A stretch of DNA of 64,000 nt, from assembly GCA_000165425.1 (NCBI GenBank), contig CT867985.1, forward strand, positions 558,001 to 622,000, in the 5' to 3' direction. The notes under the pieces are model-generated. The model had not been told where the DNA came from. It searched no databases and was given only the letters and a program-made list of their open reading frames with translations. Each line of letters opens with the position of its first letter. Position 1 is the first letter of the stretch. Both the position numbers and the translations under genes were made by a program. Origin of the DNA: Paramecium tetraurelia. Its lineage: Eukaryota. This document shows, one piece after another, positions 13,501 to 30,002 of this stretch.

Positions 13501-15537
13501 ATATTTTTAGGGCATTAGAACATTTATCTTCTTTCCTACTATTTCTTCTTTTGTATATCCAAAATAAGCAGTAAATAATGAATTCATTTATAATATATTA
13601 CCTGTGTCTGACTTCTTAGCACTAACATATATAAATGGGATTTAATCGGTTTCGAAGTTGATCATATCTTTATGCACCTATTAGTTTTTTCTTAGATGTT
13701 CCTTCAATTATCTTGCTTTATTCAATAGATTAACCCCTCCCTTAGAGTCATTCATAACATGAATCATGAAATTACCAAATACTTACATGGTTTATGGCAT
13801 ATTTGAATTGATTTTTTGCATGTTCTCATAATTCTCCCTAGCTTCATTAGTAACTCTACTAATTCTAGCACCAATATTCATTAACCTTCCTAAATCAGGT
13901 TGATCCTCCTTTAATTCAATCCAAAATTCCTTATGTAAATTAGCAGAGAACTTCATTTTCTCTTCACATAAAGATAAGTAGTTTTTAAATGCAATTGCAT
14001 TTACAATATCATCGTCTTCTCCTTATTAAGAATTCATCCCCTTACTCCTGATGTCTTTTTTATATCGATATATGATAAACTCCTAATAAAGAGCTGGCTT
14101 AGTATATTGAGCAAGTTCAAATTATTCTAAAGCCTTAGATTTATTGTTTCTTCTCTCTATCAAAAATAAAGCATAAAAGATTCTCAAATATGTTGAATTT
14201 GGAAACTTCTTCAAACCTTAAACGAACATCCTATCTAATTCTTAGATCAATCCTCTTATAATTTCATCAATGTCATTCTAACCTCCCTTCTTCCTTTGTT
14301 TTAACTTTGTTTTTAAGGGACAATCATCATAATTGCAAGTCTCTTTGTGTTTTTCTATATAACCAACAAGTAACATATAAGAGTTTCTATCCTTATCTTA
14401 ATTTTGTATTAGTTGCAACACATATCTGATGTGACTCCAAATTTACTCTCCACTTCTGAATTTCGTTTAAGATTTAACGAGTGTCTCAATTTTAGATTTC
14501 TTCGTCAGCAGCATTATACTAATTATAAATGGAACACCTATCAACCAGGCAATAAATCCTCCAGTAAAATCAGTAGATTCCAATATTTTACAAACTAATA
14601 ACATGAAACAAGCCCATAAATAAAGTGTGCTACATATGCAATAAAATAATCCAACTTAAAAATCGTAGTAAGGATCGTTAAAATTGTATTATTTAAATAG
14701 CCAAAGTGATAAAATAAAGGAAGTGATAACCATAATCCATGCTTGTTCAGGATAGTTCGGTCTAAGTAAACTAAACATCAATTAACAAGTAATTTTATTT
14801 GTAATAAATGCCACTTCTCCATTTGAATCCTGTCTTGCAGATCTATCATTTGTATTCATAGCTGGTTCAAAAAAGGCATATGCAACAATACTGCAAATAA
14901 TTGAAAAAAATATGATGAATGTAAGATCTAAAACAGCATGAAATGTGTGCCAGTCTTGCCAACATTCAACAAAAATGTTATTGTAACCATATATGATGTA
15001 TTTTCCTGTGTCTGGATCTACGTAGCATTACAAAATAGATGTCAAGGTCTCTGTGATAGGTAGAAATCCTACAGTTACCACAAAGGAAGTAATCTTCTTT
15101 AATAACAACAGTGGCCAGAGCCAATAAAATCGATTACGAGAAAATGAGTAGGAAACATAAATAATGTCTAGAATGATCAACAAAATAAAAAATAGCAATA
15201 TGTAGACAGTCATTAAAAGAGATTCATAAGTTAAACTTGGAATGTAATTGCTTATTTGAAATAAGTTTTAGACTTGAGTGATAAATTCCATAAAAGTGTC
15301 TTACTTCCAAAGGTAATAGATTGTAACATAAAATGGAAATTGATGCATCTGAAAATAATCAAGAGCATTGAAAAAATAGAATCCAAACATTCCCTCTTCT
15401 TCATCTTCACTATTACGAATAACAAAAAGAACTTAAAAGGTAGTTAATTTTAGTTGTTCTAAGTAATAATCAATACCTCTCTTTTAGGTGCCCATCAATA
15501 AAGCATCATCAATTCCCTGTTTTTCTGAATCTTACAT
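10592..15537 (-). CDS. Large multi-pass membrane protein with a central PAS domain (TmcB/TmcC-like protist family)
   Basis: N-terminal hydrophobic helix cluster; PAS segment MNSLFTAIFGYTKEEIVGKKINVLMPQKYAENHD..FKHKNGYLFP (~13370-13600); further TM segments; C-terminal IWIPFLNGLNTQINQTIEMLNMIP; TGA at 10592-10594. Confidence 0.75.
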
Positions 15538-15792
15538 ATTAAATCAAATTTAATAATAAAAATAATAACATAATTTTTTCATTTCCTCTTTTTAACAATA
15601 CTATACTTGTTTGATATATTTTTAACCCTAGTTCAAAATAGCAAATAAAATCAACATACTAAAAATAAATATATTTCATTTTCATACAATATTATTTTAA
15701 ATAAATCAAGAGTTTTAAAAAGAATTAAAAATACTCAAAATCTTCCCTAATTGGATCCAAATTGAGAACAAGGATATTATTTCTAAGTAATA

Positions 15793-17853
15793 TCATGATT
15801 AAACATCTTTTTTTTTTGAAAGTATTCGAAAATGGGCTTCTCCTATTAGTTTAATTCTTATATAAATTCATCTAAATTTTGATAAATAAGAAAAGATAGT
15901 TTAGTTTATTAAGAATTCATGTACAAATTAGTCCCTCCGGAGTAATTTATAAATCTATTCTTAAATTGTAATTTATTACATGGGCCCAATTAACTTATCA
16001 AGTACTAAGCCATGGGATACCCTAAAATATTAAATTAAAATTATTATGGTATATGATTTTACACTGTGGGTAATCGTGATTCTTAACTTTAACACATGCT
16101 TTGTTTTTAAATATGGGGAAATAAATCCTCATCCATTAAACTAGTAGACTTATAGTTATCTTTCTTATAACCTTCAAACATTTATGAGTATGCATGAGTC
16201 AATTGATTTATCATGCTATAATAGTTTTTCGAATTCCAATTTCTTTTTTTATGATGAATTGCTGTTTCTATATTATAAAATAGCTCCTTAATAGAGGCTG
16301 GGAGGTACAACTTAGGATGAAACAATCCAAATTTCAAGCATTTTGGATGAGCCTTCGAATATTTTAAAGATATTAAAATCTAAAATCCGAATGGAGCACT
16401 TTAACTTAGGATTTTCTCATCCCCATAGATTATTGACATTAATATTTTTATATACTCAACCAAGTTAATGATTATAGAAATTAGCTTTGCTCTGTCAGTT
16501 TTAATTACATCAGAAATTGCTATTTATCTCCTCTTAGGATTACTTTATGCTTAAGTCAACAGCAAGTCTTCACACAACTATTCAATAAGCAATAATGGCT
16601 AAATTTCAATTGCTTCGAATTTAATTTACCTATGGGAAATTTTAAATTGATTCAATATATCAAAGTTCAGATTGAATATGTTATATCCCTTTTGGATCTA
16701 GTTATTGATACAGTTCAGAAGATGAGTAGGACATTAAAGTGATTTTCCTTTCGAAAAATACATTTTGATAAACTTTAACAACTAAATTTGCTGAGTTAAG
16801 ACCTAGAGTGAGATTCTGGCATAGGTTGACTAAGAATAGTCTCTTTGCTCTATCTATTAGATTAAGGATTCATATTTATCTTCTTTTAATTCTTCAAATA
16901 GCAAAATTACAGAAGGGTCGAAAGTTTTAAAATAAACTTGAGTTATCTTGAATTTTAATTATTTAGTTTTGCTTTCATTCTTATCTATCTCAGCATAGTA
17001 TCTCTCGACTGCATGCTCATCCTTTTACTATTGTAATAATCTGATTAGTGTGTGCTCCAACTTTATGGATTGAAAACTTTGTCTTTCTGATTCATAGGGA
17101 ATTGCTTTCATTTTTCTTAAAAAATCTCGAAAACATTTGTCATCTTGAATGTCGAGCTTAGCTTTCATATTGCTATTTATTTTATCTAAACTTAACTATC
17201 CTTAGTTTTTATCAAATTTAACTATGACAACCCAGGAGGGAAGTAAATCTTAAATAATATTTTCATACTAAATTTATGATTGATAAGCTACGAAATATTA
17301 CCTGCTTCCAGATTCAATTGAATATCTTAAGGCAATCATAAGCACAGTTATCAAATTATGTGTGATCATTTCATAAATTTGCACATTATTCATTAATATA
17401 AATGAACAACTTTAACAAAGGATCTAAAGACCAGTTTACATTATAAATTTATTACCTCTAACATAAATTACTAATTTAAAATTTAAATTTACTTAATTTT
17501 ATACATGCCAAACTATAGCCGATGTACCATTGATTCGCTTCTCCCCCAAATAATCTATAGAATTCACAAATTAAGCACATAAATATTTAGTTGAAAGTAA
17601 TAATAATTTCCACTCTTTCATGGTATTTCCTTAGGAAGAATAAAAGTGTAATTTCTAAACTTAGTATAATACACGAAATTATCAGAGGTAATAAAGTTCT
17701 TGTGCTGTTAAACTTGGAAATCATGACTGCTAGGTATACAATAATAAAGCAGAGTAATAGTTAATATCTTTTCTAATTCCTATTGAAACACCATTCTTTA
17801 TAGGCATCTTCCATTTCCAGAGAATGGAAAGTTAGACTAAATGTTTTTATCAT
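15793..17853 (-). CDS. Multi-pass membrane protein with a degenerate histidine-kinase-like C-terminal half
   Basis: Starts MIKTFSLTFHSLEMEDAY, then several TM helices and a PAS-like segment. N-box-like TDRAKLISIIINLV (~16460-16500) and G2-box-like LGYPMAQYLISQLGP (~15985-16027). No His in the H-box-equivalent helix. Confidence 0.6.
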
Positions 17854-18390
17854 TTTATAAATAAAATATAATTTAGAAAGAGAGCAAACTAAAAATATAT
17901 GACTAATTCTCAGAGAGTGGAAATCACATTCATATGAAAATTACAAAACCTCTTCCAAAAGAATGATTTCTTTCAGGCTTATACCAAAACAAGAATTGAA
18001 AAATATTATATAACATAAAAAATATATAAAAATTGAAAAAAAGTACTGAGTCTTTTAAAGTTAACTTTCTATTCAATTTAGTTTCCGTCTCCAAAATTCT
18101 TCATTGAGTAATATAACAAAAATCAAACTAAAAATTTAACCATCACATTGATTAAAGACTACTCTTAAATTCATATTCTACACCACTGATAAAGTCGTAA
18201 AAGTGAAAGTAGTATTAAATCCGATAAGCTCGCTATTCAATTCAAAAATAATTGATGATATTAGGCTTTTAATATAAATTGTAGGAGCCAATGTACAATA
18301 AAAATATTCAATACATAACAATTAAGCTAAAACGAAACAAAAATATATAAATTATTATAATAAAACTAATTTTTAAGTAATTCATACTAT

Positions 18391-21300
18391 TCACCCGCAG
18401 TTTACTCTTTCAGTAATAATATTGTTTATCATATTAAAAATTTGGTTTACATCTAATTGATCAGGATTCATAAATAGAGTCTCGAATCTATCCAAATCTT
18501 TATTATTTGTTTTTTTAATTGTGGTTACAGATATGTTTGGCTCTAAAAACTCTTCAAGATCTTCAGGACCCAAATTTAGAATGTTCATTGACTCTGAAAA
18601 TTTAGCAATATTTTTAGGTTTATTTTCGCCCTTAATCCCAACCTTGGCTTGGTTACCCTTATTTAATTCCATATAATTCTCTCTGTATATACGTTTTAAT
18701 AAGAAAATCAGCATATTGACTTAATTTTCAAACTTCTTGCTTCCAATTTTCCCTTATTCATTTTTCCTCATTTCCTTTTCTAAAAATATTAAAAATATAT
18801 TTAACCTAACTCTGATACAGTTTATGCATATTTAGAGGCATAGTCATTCTTATAAATTTCAAATTCATTTGACTTCTCTTCAAACTTCTATCTAAAATGC
18901 TTGATTGCTTAATCTTTTCTATTGATTTCATCTTTTAGTTTCTTAACTTATTAAATTAAATCTGATTTTTCAGTATCATTTGGTTTCTAACTTTAAAGCT
19001 AATCGATTTTATCTCTTAATTCTTTTATGTTAGCATCCTTCCTTGTATTGTCCTACTTAAGTTATTTATTTTTTTCTTATATACTCTTAATTTCATCTTA
19101 TATTTATTTCTCTTAAACTTTCATTTGATCATATTTCTCTTTGAACTCTTTGAAATTGGTGCTTTACCTTTCATTATCTCTATTTATTCTTTTTAACTTA
19201 TCATTTTCTGCCAATAATTCCTCATTTTATTTTTTTATTTTTTCAACAATTTATTTTTGATCTTCCCTATCTCCTCTAAATTAATCAGCTACATCTTTTT
19301 TCCTTTATATCTCATCCTTCAATTAATTAATTAATTGATCTTTTTAAGTAATAACTTCATTGAGAGCTTAAACTTTGTCTTCAGGTACAAATTTATTTTA
19401 AACCTAATTTAATTCATTAATTATTTTTTGATTTTCTTATTTGTATTGCTTTTAAAGTTCTTGAATTGTTTAATCCCTATTCTTAAGTAAATCTTGTAAA
19501 TATGAAGTTGATTAATTAATTTTTTTTAATTCCTATTCATAAATCAAATTAGCTTGTTTTAATTGATCAATCTTTTATTCAGCTAATTTCAATTAAATTA
19601 TATATTGATTAGATTTAGACTCAACTTCAGCCACCTTGCCTTGTTGTAATAGCAAGGTAATAGGTACTTATTCATCAGATTTCTATTTATTTTATTAAGA
19701 TGGTTTTGTTGTTGTGGATGGTTTTTTAAGACTTGGAATTTTAGGTTTATGTTTTTCAATTTTTTTAGTTAAATTCTAATTTTCTGTTTGAAGAGTGACT
19801 AATTTATCAGATAATTCTTTGAGTTATTATTTTTATTGGTTAATAGTTTACTATAGTTATTTAGTTTTATCATTATTTTATTTCTACTTCTACATATTCT
19901 GAGCAAGTTAGACAACATTATCATGGTATGATTGAATCAACTCTTTAAACCATTATTATTCTTTAGTGGGATTTAAACTCTTTTTATAAGCATCATTCTA
20001 ATTGAAATATTAATTTTATCTGCATTACAATTCTTAAATATCTTAATTGAACTTCTCACTAATTAATTCCATAGTATTATCCTATCTTTCAATAATTTCC
20101 TCATATATTTCCTTTTGATTAACAATTTCAGTATTAATCTTTTGAATGATTTCAGAATTTTCTTCATTATCCTTAATTAATACATCAATCTTTTATCTAA
20201 GTTCTTAGATTAATTGTTTTCTTGATGTTTCAACCTCTTGATGATTGGTTTTCAATTATTCAATTTCAAAATTTTATATATAACACTTCTCATTTATCTC
20301 TCTTCTCTCATTTGTTAATAACTTAGCTTATTCTTGATAAACTTAATTCTATTCTTCTCTTATGTTAAGTTCAAGCTTGAGTTTATGCAATTCTGCATTC
20401 TTTTATTCAAGAGTCCTTTTGAAATCATCATTTATATAACTTAATTTAATTTCCATTTATTCGAGATTTCCTTGTTATTATTAAACAAGGGAAGCATACT
20501 CTTAAATTTATTAGTTCAGATGATCAATTTAATAATCCTTTTCTTAGAGCTAATTAATTATCTTGTCTCTCTCTAATCTCATTTCAACCATAGTTTCTTT
20601 GAGTTCATTGAGATCATCAGCAAGGACGGGTGACTATTAAGCTAAAAGATCTTTTGCTTGTCTTTATTACAAAAATGTACTTTTTGTCTTTAGTTGATTG
20701 AAATCAAATTCAATTTACATTTTTTATTATCTGGAGTTATTTAATTCTTACTCCAATTCTCTAATTTTCTACATATATAAATCAGTTAATCTTCTTTCTT
20801 CTTCGATATTATTAAAAGTAGGGGCTGCTGTTTTATCGACTGAAGAATTGATACTTTTACTGTTTCTTCTCTATTTTTCTTTCTATTTCTAAACTAATTT
20901 TTCTATTTTTTCTTACATACTTCTAACTTCTCTTATTAAGGCATCCTCTCTTTAAGAGTATTAATCTCTTTAGACTTTGAGTTGATCTTATGCGAATAAA
21001 TATTGCTATTCTAATGATTTGTTATCCATTAATAATTAATCAATAGATGCTTTATGCTATTAACATAATTTATTCATTTCTAATTGTAATTCACTTTATG
21101 TAATTGACTTCTCTTTCATAATATTATTAATTTGATCTTAGAGACATAATTATCTATCTTAGAATTACTTTTCGAGGTTATCTCTTCTTTGTAATTCAAC
21201 ATCTGTTTTTTCTTTGAGAACAATGAATTCACTTTTTGTTTTTTCTATGTCAATTTAATTTTACTGATTAATCTTCTAGAGTTTTTGATATTTGAATTGT

Positions 21301-22915
21301 AATTCTTACATTTATTCTTCCTGTTAAGATAATTATTGTAATTTTTAATCTAGTTTATATTATGTTTCTTTTAACTGAGTATTTGTAAGTTCGTTCTCTT
21401 TTTTTAAATCATTAATAATTTTTTTTAATTTTTAGGCATCATCTTAATAAGCAACAATTTCATTTTCATAACTACCTTATAATTTATTAATTTCTTCTTC
21501 CCATCTCTTTTTGGCTTCTTCTTTTACATCCTATAAACTATTAGCTTATTTTAATGTTTATTCTAGAGCATAAATCTAAGACTCATATTCTAATCTTTCC
21601 TTTTTAATTAATTCATCTTATTCCTTTAATTTTTTGATTTCTTATCTTAACTTTTCATTATCTCTTTGACTTTTCCACAATTCATCTCCCAAATACCCAG
21701 CTTATTTGGTTTATTCATCTACTTACTTTTCTAGCAATTGAGATTTGGATAATGTATCATTGCATCTTTTTTCTAATTCTTTCTTTGACTTTTCCAATAT
21801 TTGATACTCTTTTTTTAATAGATCATCTGTTAAATTTTTAGATTGATTTGATGAAAAATTTTAACTTGATCCTTGTTAGTGGATAAGCATTTCCTCTAAG
21901 CGAGCATTCTCTTCAAGTAACTTCTCTTCTCTTAGTTTAAGTTAAGTAATACGAGCATTCAACCTATCTACTAATTCATCTCTAGTTTCTTCAACTCTGA
22001 TGTTTGAATTCTATAATCCACTATCATTTAATCTTTTTGCAATGATTTCAACTTCATCATTCATTGATCTATTAATCAATTCTAATTTCTTATTTTGATC
22101 AAGCACGCTTTCATATTTACGATACAACATCACATAACTCTCCCTCTCAGGTTAATGCTGATTGAAATATTACTCTCTAGCTTGATAGTCTTAGATTTTC
22201 ATCTATAATCTTTCATTCTCCTTAACTAACTCTTTGAGTTAATCTTTGGTATTACTGTTGAATTACTGTTTCTATAGTTGCAATCTTAAATCCTCAATTT
22301 CTCTATCTTTCTCCTCAATCATTAATAAAACTCTTTGACTCCTAAATTCAATATCCTATCGTTCCTATTCGATTAAGTGATTCAATAACTCCTTGATAGA
22401 ATTACCATCCATCTCTTAGTTCATAAATTGTTCTAAAGCATCATTAAGCAACTGGTTTTATTAAGTTAGATAGTTGACTCTTTGTTGAAGTATTTTATTT
22501 TCTTCTGCATTAAATTATTCACTTCTAACATTGCCAAATGTCTATAAATTTCCAAATCCTGGTGATGTCATCGTCCTATTTTGGACATCTTAATCAATAT
22601 ATTAATCCAAACGATCTGAATCACATTCAAAAGTAACTGCAATTCTGCAATCTAAATTATCTCCTTTTATGTAAATAAAGTCCTCTTGAGCTTCAACATT
22701 CCTTAATTTAACCGTTACTACAGTAGCCTCCCCTGGAAGTAGTTAAAGGGCAGTTGGGGCTATCTCATAATTTTTGAAAAGCCTGAATGCAAAATTAAGC
22801 ACAACCTTCCTATTGTTCTTGACAGTAATCTAATAATTATATATTGGTATACTGTCTTTTCTTGTCCAATTTTTTTAAATTTCAAATGTTTTGGTGTAAT
22901 CTCAACTTCTGTCAT
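18391..22915 (-). CDS. ~1450-aa coiled-coil protein with N-terminal Ig-like (MSP/ASH-type) beta domain, possibly basal body/ciliary
   Basis: MTEVEITPKHLKF...ITVKNN...YEIAPTALQLLPGEATVVTVKL, followed by more than 1200 aa of E/K/Q-rich heptads; TGA at 18391-18393. Confidence 0.65.
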
Positions 22916-22950
22916 AAATTTTGTATTATATATATTTTATTGTATAATTA

Positions 22951-25039
<2,089 letters not shown>

Positions 25040-25067
25040 CAAATTAAAAAGATATTTTAATTATTTT
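25040..25067. promoter_or_regulatory. 28-bp spacer between divergent start codons (SDHA / PP2A B'')
   Basis: CAT at 25037-25039 and ATG at 25068-25070, both starting well-supported genes; spacer is almost pure A/T. Confidence 0.55.
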
Positions 25068-26793
25068 ATGCTTTAGAAATCGTATTCTGAAGGAGTTGGT
25101 GCAGGTTTCTCACTGGCAGAGAATGTGAGATTTTAGTTGTCAAAAACAAGGGTTAATGACCTCTTCATTAGATGGCTGACGTAGCCTCAAACTTAAAAGT
25201 TAGTACAACAACTAATCAAAGATGCCAAAGATGGCAAATAAAATAATCTGATTGCTCAACCAAATGCATTTTTTATTAATAAAATGGCAGTGTCTGGTGT
25301 ATCATAGAGCGCTTTGTTTAGCTCACCAAACAAAAAGACTTAGGGACCTGCATCGCCGCCAAAAACAGACCCATTTCACGATCTGAAATTAAGAATACCT
25401 GAAGAGCTTTCATAATCACTTACTCAATCATAAATTTTGCAAAAGAAATGTCATGTAGAAAAAGCGTAGAATTACGAATAAGTTCCGCAATTCTATTTCC
25501 CAAATCAAGAGATCAATTTGTAATTATAATCTGAATAAAATGTAAATTCCATGTATTTATTAATTCCAGAAAATCATCAATGAAATTTTTGGGAAATCAG
25601 ACTTAATTGATGCCACCCATTTCGAATAAATTACAACAATTTTATGTGGACTTTGCAAATACACCACCAAAATTTTAATGACTGCTATTGAGGGTAATGC
25701 TACTAAGATAAGTAAATCTGGGTTTTTAAAGTATTGGAATTAACATTTAGCTTAAAAAGAACCAAAAAATAGATGCTTTTAGATTTTCAAAAAACCAAAA
25801 AATGATTACATTGAATTTGAGGATTTCAAGCCTTTCATGAAGAGTACATTCTCTTTCCTAAATAGTTTTGCTTTAAGAACATCCTGGATTAGAATTTTTG
25901 TAAGCAACACCTGAATTTTAAGAACGATATGCTGACACTGTCATTCACAGAATATTTTATCATTTATGTAGAAAAGACAATGGTAAAATTACATGGCGAG
26001 ACTTTAAACAAAGCAATCTATTTGATATTTTAGATTTAGTAGCAAAAGAAGATGATATAAATAAGGTACCTTTTTATAACTCCTTAGTTAGATTAGACAA
26101 TATTTTTCATATGAGCATTTCTATGTTATCTATTGTAAATTTTGGGAATTGGATGGAGATCATGATTTTCATATTAGCAAAGAAGATTTCTCTCGTTATT
26201 CTAGTCATGGACTGAGTAGAAAGGTAGTTGATAGAATATTTGATTAAATACCTCGTAGGTTCAGGAGTGAAATAGATCAGAAAATGTCATACGAAGATTT
26301 TGTCTACTTTATTTAATGTGAGGAGGATAAGACTACAATTCAATCTATTGAATATTGGTTCAAAGTTATTGATTTAGATAGTAATGGTATCATAACAGGA
26401 TTTGAAATGGACTACTTTTATGAAGAATTGAAACAACGAATGGATTGTTTAAATCATGAGCCCATATTGTTTCAAGACTTTGTTTGTTAGATGGTAGATC
26501 TTTTGCATCCTGATAATGATATTCTGTTTAAAATGAATCATTTTAAACAGAATCTATCTGTTTGTGGAGTTTTCTTTAACTTTTTAACTAATTTAAATAA
26601 ACTTGTTGGTTATGAAAACAGAGATCCTTTTCAAGTAAGAAATGACATCGTTGATCATCCAGACTTTACTGATTGGGATAGATTTGCATTTCAAGAATAT
26701 GTTAGGTTAGCAATGGAGGAGGAGAATTAAGAATAGGGAGAGGTATTTGAAGGAGACAATATTTGGGATAATGATGATTAAAAATAATTATGA
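25068..26793 (+). CDS. Protein phosphatase 2A regulatory subunit B'' (PPP2R3 family, EF-hand)
   Basis: [74 protein letters not shown]. Confidence 0.93.
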
Positions 26794-26810
26794 TATATAT
26801 TGTTATAATT

Positions 26811-29800
26811 TCAACTCATAATATTTTCGTATGCTCCTTATAATTAAGTTGATGAAAATGGATAAGTGGAGTTCTTCCAACGATCAAAATTGAATAAAGA
26901 TTGAATGATATTCAAATTGGTTTTCATAAATTTAGGACATGCTTAAGCAACTAAATAAATAAAAACTGGCAGAGTTCCATCTTAGCCAGGATTATCATCA
27001 ATTCCAGATATTTTCAATAATAAGGATAAGTTACTTAAACAATTAGAAATCATTTGTAGTTTCTCAATAGGAGTTATCACTTAATCAATCTATCTGAAAG
27101 CTAAATTCAATTTATATAATCAAATACATTCGCTCATTTTTATTAACATAGGTAGTTCTGATAAACAAATTTTCACCTCTTATTATTCTTCGAGATGTAT
27201 TAATTTCTTTTGACATTATTCAATAAATGGCTAATCTTCCTTTATCTCATTAACTGTACAATATTTCATCATGATTCTACGAACAACAGACTTCTCTGCT
27301 GTCTCATAACATAGATCAATATATTAATTATTCTTTTTCACATTCTAATTTTATGGGAAAAATGACTACTGTTCTAACCTTTCTTCTACTAATTTCATAT
27401 AACTTTAAAATAGTTTCTAAACACTATAATAATACAAATTTAAAAATTACATCTCTATAAAAACTTAATCTCCTTCTAAAGCAAGTTGCAAATGCTTCAG
27501 TCCACTCAATATATCTATAAAGTCTCTTATACTCTAAAATGGCAATTCCAATTATAATGAATTCAAATCTGCTCCATTCACAATCTATAAGAATTATTAT
27601 TTTTCATTATCTTTTGGATCTAATGATTTTGTTTTTGATGTGTCTTAAATTGAAATCAAATTGATTTATCCATATCTGAAACTCAATAAACATGGTATTT
27701 TGACATTCTTTAAAAAATAATTCAATTTTTTTTTTAATTCAATGGTTTTTAGCTATTTGTTCAAGGCTTTAATCTCTCTTCTCTCTGTTTGAAGTTATGT
27801 GATAATTTTCAAGAAAGCTTCTAACATTGCCTTTTATTCTAAATAAGAAACAAAGAGAACTTACGATTTTTAGCATTAGTAACTTTCTAATCGAATTCTT
27901 ATATCATTTCCTGACATAAAAGCGACAGATTATTGCTTGTATATTGATTTGGAATCATTTTATAAATTGAAAGCAAATAATTTGCGTATAACTAAGGTGA
28001 AATGTTCTCATATTGCTTGATTATTTGGCCCTTATTTTCATATGACTAAATTACATAATATAGATTACATCTTTATACATGTATATTAGGTTGTCGAAGC
28101 TTAGGATGATATTATTTCTCAATTTAGACAGAAGGGATATACGCTCAATAGAAATTAAGAATTATGCCACTACCTACTTTGCCTTGGAAATAAACAACAA
28201 CTCTTCCTTATCCTATGCACTGAACTTCTCTGTAAATTTAAAAGCTATGTCTATATAATTAACATTATAAAGATCAGATAGTCTATGTACTGAAAAATGC
28301 ATATTATTTGCCTGGACTTTCTATCCTTTCCATTGCACATGATTACTCATAAAATCACTTCCCATTTTTTAATTATACCTCATTATACAATCAGCTAATT
28401 CTCTTAAATCTGTATATCTGGTTAATTGTTTGCCTCCCAAAGAACCTTCTATTCTCGATTTTGATATAGTATTTAACAATATTTATAAATCCGATATAGA
28501 AAGTAAATAGGAAATGAAATGTTTTTCAGATTTTTCTTTGATATAAAAATTCAACTAAGTTGGAGGTAGTTCAATTAATTCTTTGAAATAATTAAATACA
28601 TTTTCATTGTTTAAAGAAATATTGAGGCCTTCAATGGCTTCTCCTTTCCAAACAGACAATAAAATTTTGCTTATAGCTGCAATATTGCTGGTCTAATATT
28701 AAGATGATTCTAATTATTGTTAATTTAAAAACATAGCTGTGAACTCAGGTAATATCCATTTGTTAATGAAAAATTAGATCAACAAGTTAAATATTTCTTC
28801 TTATTTATATGATTAATATAGGACTTTAAAGATTTGATATTGTAATCTGCATAAAGCTCTTATCATAAAAGGTAAATTGTGTAAACTGTTTAAAATGTTG
28901 TCACAAATAGAGTTAATGATCATCTCTGTCACTTTATGTCTATCATATAGAATTTTAGCGGTTTCTTCTAACAATTATGGGTCCATTATTCTCTATAAAG
29001 GAGTTTGACAATAAGATTAAATGGCTGGAGAGATTTATTCCATAATGGCATTCAGTATATATTCAGGTATATTTGTTCTTCTAACATTCTCATATACATT
29101 GATATCCTTGTTTTCTTCAGTTCCTTACATTAACATTGGTATAATATTAAACATTATTTTTCTTGCTTTGTTCTCTTGCTTTAATTTCAAAAGTTTTGCA
29201 GATTCTTTGCTTTCTTTCAATTTTAACTGAGATTCGTAAATTCTATATTTTATATATATATACAATTTACATCTTTGGATTCAATTGCAATTCTTCTTTC
29301 ACATTCATTAATAAGTTTAATGCTTATCCACAGATTTATTGTATATATGATTGACATAATGGTCCTTTGCTGAATCCAATGAGAAATTTGCAAACCAGAT
29401 TATTTTTATCCTGAAACAGTTCTAATGGATTCTTCAGATCTATCAATTCCAATTTTAAGAGTTCGCTTAATAATTTAAAAACTCCTTCTTAGAGACCAGC
29501 TCCTACAATAGGGTCATAGAGGAAAGTAAGAATATCAAATATAAACTCATCTAAATTATGAACACCAACATCCAAAGATGAATGGATTAATTGTGCAAAT
29601 AACTCTTGATTTTCCATTAACAAAAATAAGAATTTTTGGATTTCAGAATGATAATTATCAAATTTGAATCCCAGTATACATTGTTTTTGATTATAATTAT
29701 TTGCTTATTGTTGATTGTACATTCTACGTAAGTCTTTATATCGAAGTTAAGTCTGGTAATACTTCTCTGTCGTATTCAGTAGAATCTATATGCGCTCATT

Positions 29801-30002
29801 CTTGGTTTCATTTTCTAATTTGCAATTGCCACAAAGTACCCTTATTTAACAAATTATATTGCAATTATAGATTCTCCTACAACGCATTCCACTACAGAAT
29901 TGTATCTGATTTGAATGATTGCCTTTTGGAAAGTCTAAGCTGATTCGAATCTTGGACTTAAGCAATATCTCCATTGCTTAATTCTTCTTACATTTCGAAC
30001 AT
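26811..30002 (-). CDS. RasGAP-like plus VPS9 domain protein (GAPVD1/RME-6-like architecture)
   Basis: RasGAP-like NLPFMIRALC...FFINKWILPEF...NIAAISKIL (~28660-28890); C-terminal VPS9-like TPIEKLQMISNC...PGQDGTLPVFIYLVAQACP...TNLNII. Confidence 0.65.
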
